NCBI GenBank assembly: GCA_051748045.1
Contig: JBNJGY010000057.1
Span: 1 to 10,545 of the forward strand
Length of the DNA: 10,545 nucleotides
Direction of reading: 5' to 3'
From: Thermotogota bacterium
GTDB lineage: Bacteria; Thermotogota; Thermotogae; Petrotogales; Petrotogaceae
Shown: positions 7,814-10,545 of the stretch, piece after piece
How positions within the stretch are numbered: position 1 is the first letter of the stretch
Layout: the number at the start of each line of letters is the position of its first letter
Translations under genes and position numbers: made by a program
The notes under the pieces: generated by a model
The model's database searches: none
Told to the model about the DNA's origin: nothing
Seen by the model: only the letters and a program-made list of their open reading frames with translations

Positions 7814-7927
7814 TGTCACCCTGAGCGAAAGAAGTGAGCCGTAAGGGTCTCATCAGTTAATTTCACCACGTGAAATTTACTGATGGGATTTTTCCATGCG
7901 ATGCTACGCATCTTAGTCGAAATGACA
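7814..7927. repeat. Inverted pair of GTCA-tagged REP-like palindromic units flanking a long central hairpin
   Basis: Starts TGTCACCCTGAGCG...AAGGGTCTC on + and TGTCATTTCGACT...GGAAAAATCCC on -, giving TGTCA/TGACA termini. The central stem pairs 7848-7866 with 7870-7888 (one T-T mismatch, one G-T). GC content is above the flanks. Confidence 0.75.
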
Positions 7928-7946
7928 GAGTATATAATTTTTTACT

Positions 7947-7967
7947 TCCAACATCCATCATCCAACA
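7947..7967. repeat. Heptamer tandem repeat TCCAACA-TCCATCA-TCCAACA
   Basis: Three adjacent 7-mers read directly. A degenerate complementary GT-rich tract lies at 7753-7781. Confidence 0.6.
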
Positions 7968-7991
7968 AAATAAAATGCAAACCAATTTATT

Positions 7992-8210
7992 TTACTTTTT
8001 ATCTTCATCATCCTTTTCATAAAAATTTTTGTATGAAAAATGTTTCCTCATTAACCCAGGAGAATAGATCATAAAAATATGAGAAGTTATCCAACCTAAT
8101 AGAGCAACAAAAGAAAATACAAAAAGTATTTGATTAATAAAAAAGAAGATAAAAGTAATTACTGCGAATATTAAAGTAACTATCAAAAAAGTTTTCATTC
8201 TTTTTTTCAT
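7992..8210 (-). CDS. Small membrane protein (72 aa, about two TM helices), unknown function
   Basis: MKKRMKT, then a long hydrophobic stretch and a charged tail (EKDDEDKK). SD GGAGGG at 8216-8221 supports ATG 8210 over the ORF-track TTG 8231. Has its own extended -10 promoter. Confidence 0.75.
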   Translation of the reverse strand: MKKRMKTFLIVTLIFAVITFIFFFINQILFVFSFVALLGWITSHIFMIYSPGLMRKHFSYKNFYEKDDEDKK

Positions 8211-8231
8211 GCTATCCCTCCATCCTTTCAA

Positions 8232-8240
8232 ATTATATCA
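8232..8240 (-). promoter_or_regulatory. Extended -10 promoter (TGnTATAAT) for the small membrane protein gene
   Basis: Minus strand TGATATAAT, about 21 nt upstream of ATG 8210. No good -35. Confidence 0.65.
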
Positions 8241-8282
8241 CTTTTAACAAAAACCTCATAAATAGTGACTTTTATCATACAC

Positions 8283-8312
8283 TTGACAAATTAAAAATCT
8301 TTCTGCTATAAT
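8283..8312 (+). promoter_or_regulatory. Consensus sigma70 promoter of the ABC exporter operon
   Basis: TTGACA (8283-8288), 18-nt spacer, TATAAT (8307-8312), with an extended TG at 8304-8305. Confidence 0.88.
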
Positions 8313-8342
8313 TAAACCATCCAGTCTAGACTGTTCGGTCTA
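8313..8342. promoter_or_regulatory. Tandem TetR-family-type operator boxes over the transcription start
   Basis: TAAACCATCCAGTCTA (8313-8328) and TAGACTGTTCGGTCTA (8327-8342) both fit TAGAC-N6-GTCTA. Their junction forms the perfect palindrome CAGTCTAGACTG (8322-8333). Confidence 0.65.
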
Positions 8343-8380
8343 TAATTATAAAAATGAAAAATATGAGGAGGAAAATGAAT

Positions 8381-9235
8381 ATGATTAAAGTAAAAAATTT
8401 GTTCCATAAGTATTCAGAAAAGGAAAATTATGCGGTTAAGGATGTATCTTTTGAAATTAAAAAAGGAGAAATTTTTGGTTTTTTAGGACCAAGTGGTGCT
8501 GGAAAAAGTACAGTTCAAAAAATATTAATAGGGTTATTAAAAAAACAAAAAGGACAAATAGAATTTAATCAAAACAAAATAGAAGACATAAGTAAAGATT
8601 TTTTTGAAAGAATTGGAGTATCTTTCGAACTTCCAAATATGTATGGAAAACTTACAGGTTATGAAAATTTAAAATATTATGCTGGGCTTTTTAAGAGAGA
8701 TACCCTTGATCCAAAAGAAATTTTAGAAAAAGTACTACTTGGTGATGCAATTAACAAAAAAGCAAATGATTATTCAAAAGGAATGAAACAAAGGTTGATG
8801 TTTGCAAGATCTTTGATAAACAATCCAGATATTCTTTTTCTAGATGAACCTTTATCAGGGCTTGACCCTACAACAGCTAAACATTTAAAAAACATGATAG
8901 TTGATTTAAAAGAAAAGGGTAAGACAATCTTTTTAACAACTCATAATATGTTTGTAGCGGATGAACTTTGTGACAGGGTAGCATTTTTGAACAATGGTGA
9001 AATCGTGGCCTTAGACACTCCGAAAAATTTGAAAATTAAATATGGTAGTTATTCAATCAAAGTAGAATACAAAAATAACGGAAATAGACAGGAAGAAATT
9101 ATTGATTTAGACAACAATCAAGATAAATCAAAATTGAAAGAAATAATAGATAACAAAGAAATAATAACAATGCATACCAGAGAAGCCACACTTGAAGAAA
9201 TATTCATTCAGATGACTGGGAGGGAGCTTGCATAA
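8381..9235 (+). CDS. ABC-2 type exporter ATP-binding protein (resembles the fluoroquinolone-export/Rv2688c-like family)
   Basis: Walker A GPSGAGKS, signature YSKGM, Walker B ILFLDE, H-loop TTH, and RIGVSFELPN. SD GAGGAGG at 8365-8371 favours ATG 8381 (or 8375) over 8354. Confidence 0.92.
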   Translation: MIKVKNLFHKYSEKENYAVKDVSFEIKKGEIFGFLGPSGAGKSTVQKILIGLLKKQKGQIEFNQNKIEDISKDFFERIGVSFELPNMYGKLTGYENLKYYAGLFKRDTLDPKEILEKVLLGDAINKKANDYSKGMKQRLMFARSLINNPDILFLDEPLSGLDPTTAKHLKNMIVDLKEKGKTIFLTTHNMFVADELCDRVAFLNNGEIVALDTPKNLKIKYGSYSIKVEYKNNGNRQEEIIDLDNNQDKSKLKEIIDNKEIITMHTREATLEEIFIQMTGRELA

Positions 9236-9236
9236 A

Positions 9237-10250
9237 ATGAAAAGATTTTTAAACACTTTAAAATTAGATGCAACAGTAGCAAATCGAAATTGGCTTTTTA
9301 TAATAGTTATAGCGATTGCTCTTTTATATGTTGGTTTAATAAATTGGGTAATTCCAGAAGAATTATCGATGGAGATGACATCTAATCAAATAATTTTGGA
9401 TAATACAAAAGAAAAAGATTTTGAAAAAATGATGATTTCACAAAATGAAGGAATAAAAACTGCAGATTCAAGAGAAGAAATGTTAAGTTTTTTAGAAGAA
9501 AACGATAGTTCTATAGGGATAATATTTAATGAAAAATCAGCTGAAATAATCAACCAAGGGTATGAAAGTGAAAAACAGATAAACTTTTTAAAAGCAACTC
9601 TAAACACTCTTTATACACAACCTCAAAATATTAATATTGAAACACAAGTTTTAGAAGAAACAGAAGAAAAATTAACAATGAACAAAAAAATGTTCCCTAT
9701 TTTACTTGCGACAGATGTTATTATACTCGGTTTTTTATTCGCAGCAACAATGATTTTCCAAGAGAAAAATGATGGAAGTATATATGCCTACAGGGTTAGT
9801 TCTGCTGGAACAGGAAATTACATTATGTCAAAATTAATAGTCAATACACTTATGGCGGTTATTTTTTCAGTAATTTTTGCTGTATTTACAGTGGGATTCA
9901 ATTTTAATTACGGCGGATATTTATTGATAGTTGTTATGTCATCAGCTTTTATAACTTTGTTAGGAATGTTTTTAGGACAGTTTTATAACTCCATATCCGA
10001 GTTCATTTATATAATTATGGCATTGAGTATAATAATGACTTTACCAGTAATTAGTTACATGTCACCAGCATTTTCAATGGATATATTCAAAATAATTCCA
10101 GCTTATCCGGTAATTTATATAATAGATGGTTTTTTAAAAGGATATACACCAGATATTTTCGGAAATACGGTTATTATATTAACCATTGAAATAATTGTTA
10201 TGTATGCCATTACACATTTTTCAATCAAGAAACATTTAATAAGGAAGTGA
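9237..10250 (+). CDS. ABC-2 type exporter permease
   Basis: One N-terminal TM helix, an extracytoplasmic domain, then about 5 TM helices with the QEKNDG..YAYRVS motif. Start is ATG 9237 or TTG 9228. Abuts the ATPase stop. Confidence 0.88.
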   Translation: MKRFLNTLKLDATVANRNWLFIIVIAIALLYVGLINWVIPEELSMEMTSNQIILDNTKEKDFEKMMISQNEGIKTADSREEMLSFLEENDSSIGIIFNEKSAEIINQGYESEKQINFLKATLNTLYTQPQNINIETQVLEETEEKLTMNKKMFPILLATDVIILGFLFAATMIFQEKNDGSIYAYRVSSAGTGNYIMSKLIVNTLMAVIFSVIFAVFTVGFNFNYGGYLLIVVMSSAFITLLGMFLGQFYNSISEFIYIIMALSIIMTLPVISYMSPAFSMDIFKIIPAYPVIYIIDGFLKGYTPDIFGNTVIILTIEIIVMYAITHFSIKKHLIRK

Positions 10251-10254
10251 TCTT

Positions 10255-10545
10255 ATGAGTAGAATATTTAATTTAACCATAAAAGATTTTGTAAACTCTT
10301 TTAGAGACAAGATGAATGTATATATTTATGTAGCACCAATTATTATAGCTCTTGCAGTTAGATTATTTTTACCAGATATTTCAGGTCAGAGTTTAAAAGT
10401 AGCTATGCTTGAAGATTCAGATTCAAAGACACAAATTAGCGAATACTATGATATTATCGAAGTTGAAAATGAAGAAGATTTAATAAACAGAGTTAAAGAA
10501 TACGATGATGTAGTGGGGATTAAAGAAGAAAATGGAGATTTTGAA
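10255..10545 (+). CDS. Second ABC-2 permease, truncated by the window end (not in the ORF track)
   Basis: ATG 10255 lies 4 nt after the previous TGA. 97 open codons: MSRIFNLTIKDFVNSFRDKMNVYIYVAPIIIALAVRLFLPDISG..., the typical K-D-x5-R-D plus TM start of ABC-2 permeases. Confidence 0.85.
   Translation, partial: MSRIFNLTIKDFVNSFRDKMNVYIYVAPIIIALAVRLFLPDISGQSLKVAMLEDSDSKTQISEYYDIIEVENEEDLINRVKEYDDVVGIKEENGDFE

Noticed and set aside
7740..7990. tRNA, known riboswitch or CRISPR array in the structured intergenic region
   Set aside because: No cloverleaf or TTCGA arm in context, no riboswitch core I recognise, and no repeat-spacer periodicity. It fits a palindromic repeat better.
7883..8074. 63-aa plus-strand ORF
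   Set aside because: Starts within the palindromic element, has no SD, and overlaps the better-supported minus-strand membrane protein gene.
9386..9607. 73-aa minus-strand ORF
   Set aside because: Antisense shadow of the permease.

Overview
AT-rich bacterial window. The Era sequence style suggests Thermotogae/Petrotogales, but that is inference. The window has four parts. (1) era on the + strand ends at a bidirectional terminator. (2) A minus-strand cluster for oxidative D-ornithine catabolism runs ord - HD-domain gene - ortA - ortB - oraS - oraE. It has an unexpected HD-domain gene and an internal terminator right after ord, and it lacks the adjacent racemase and reactivase genes of the clostridial cluster. 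(3) An accessory stretch holds a hypothetical gene that appears to start at a non-canonical ATC/ATA codon, a ~215 bp nested-symmetric REP/MITE-like element and a small two-TM membrane protein gene. (4) A + strand ABC-2 exporter operon (ATPase plus two permeases, the last truncated) has a consensus sigma70 promoter and tandem TetR-type operators. I saw no rRNA, tRNA, CRISPR array or transposase.
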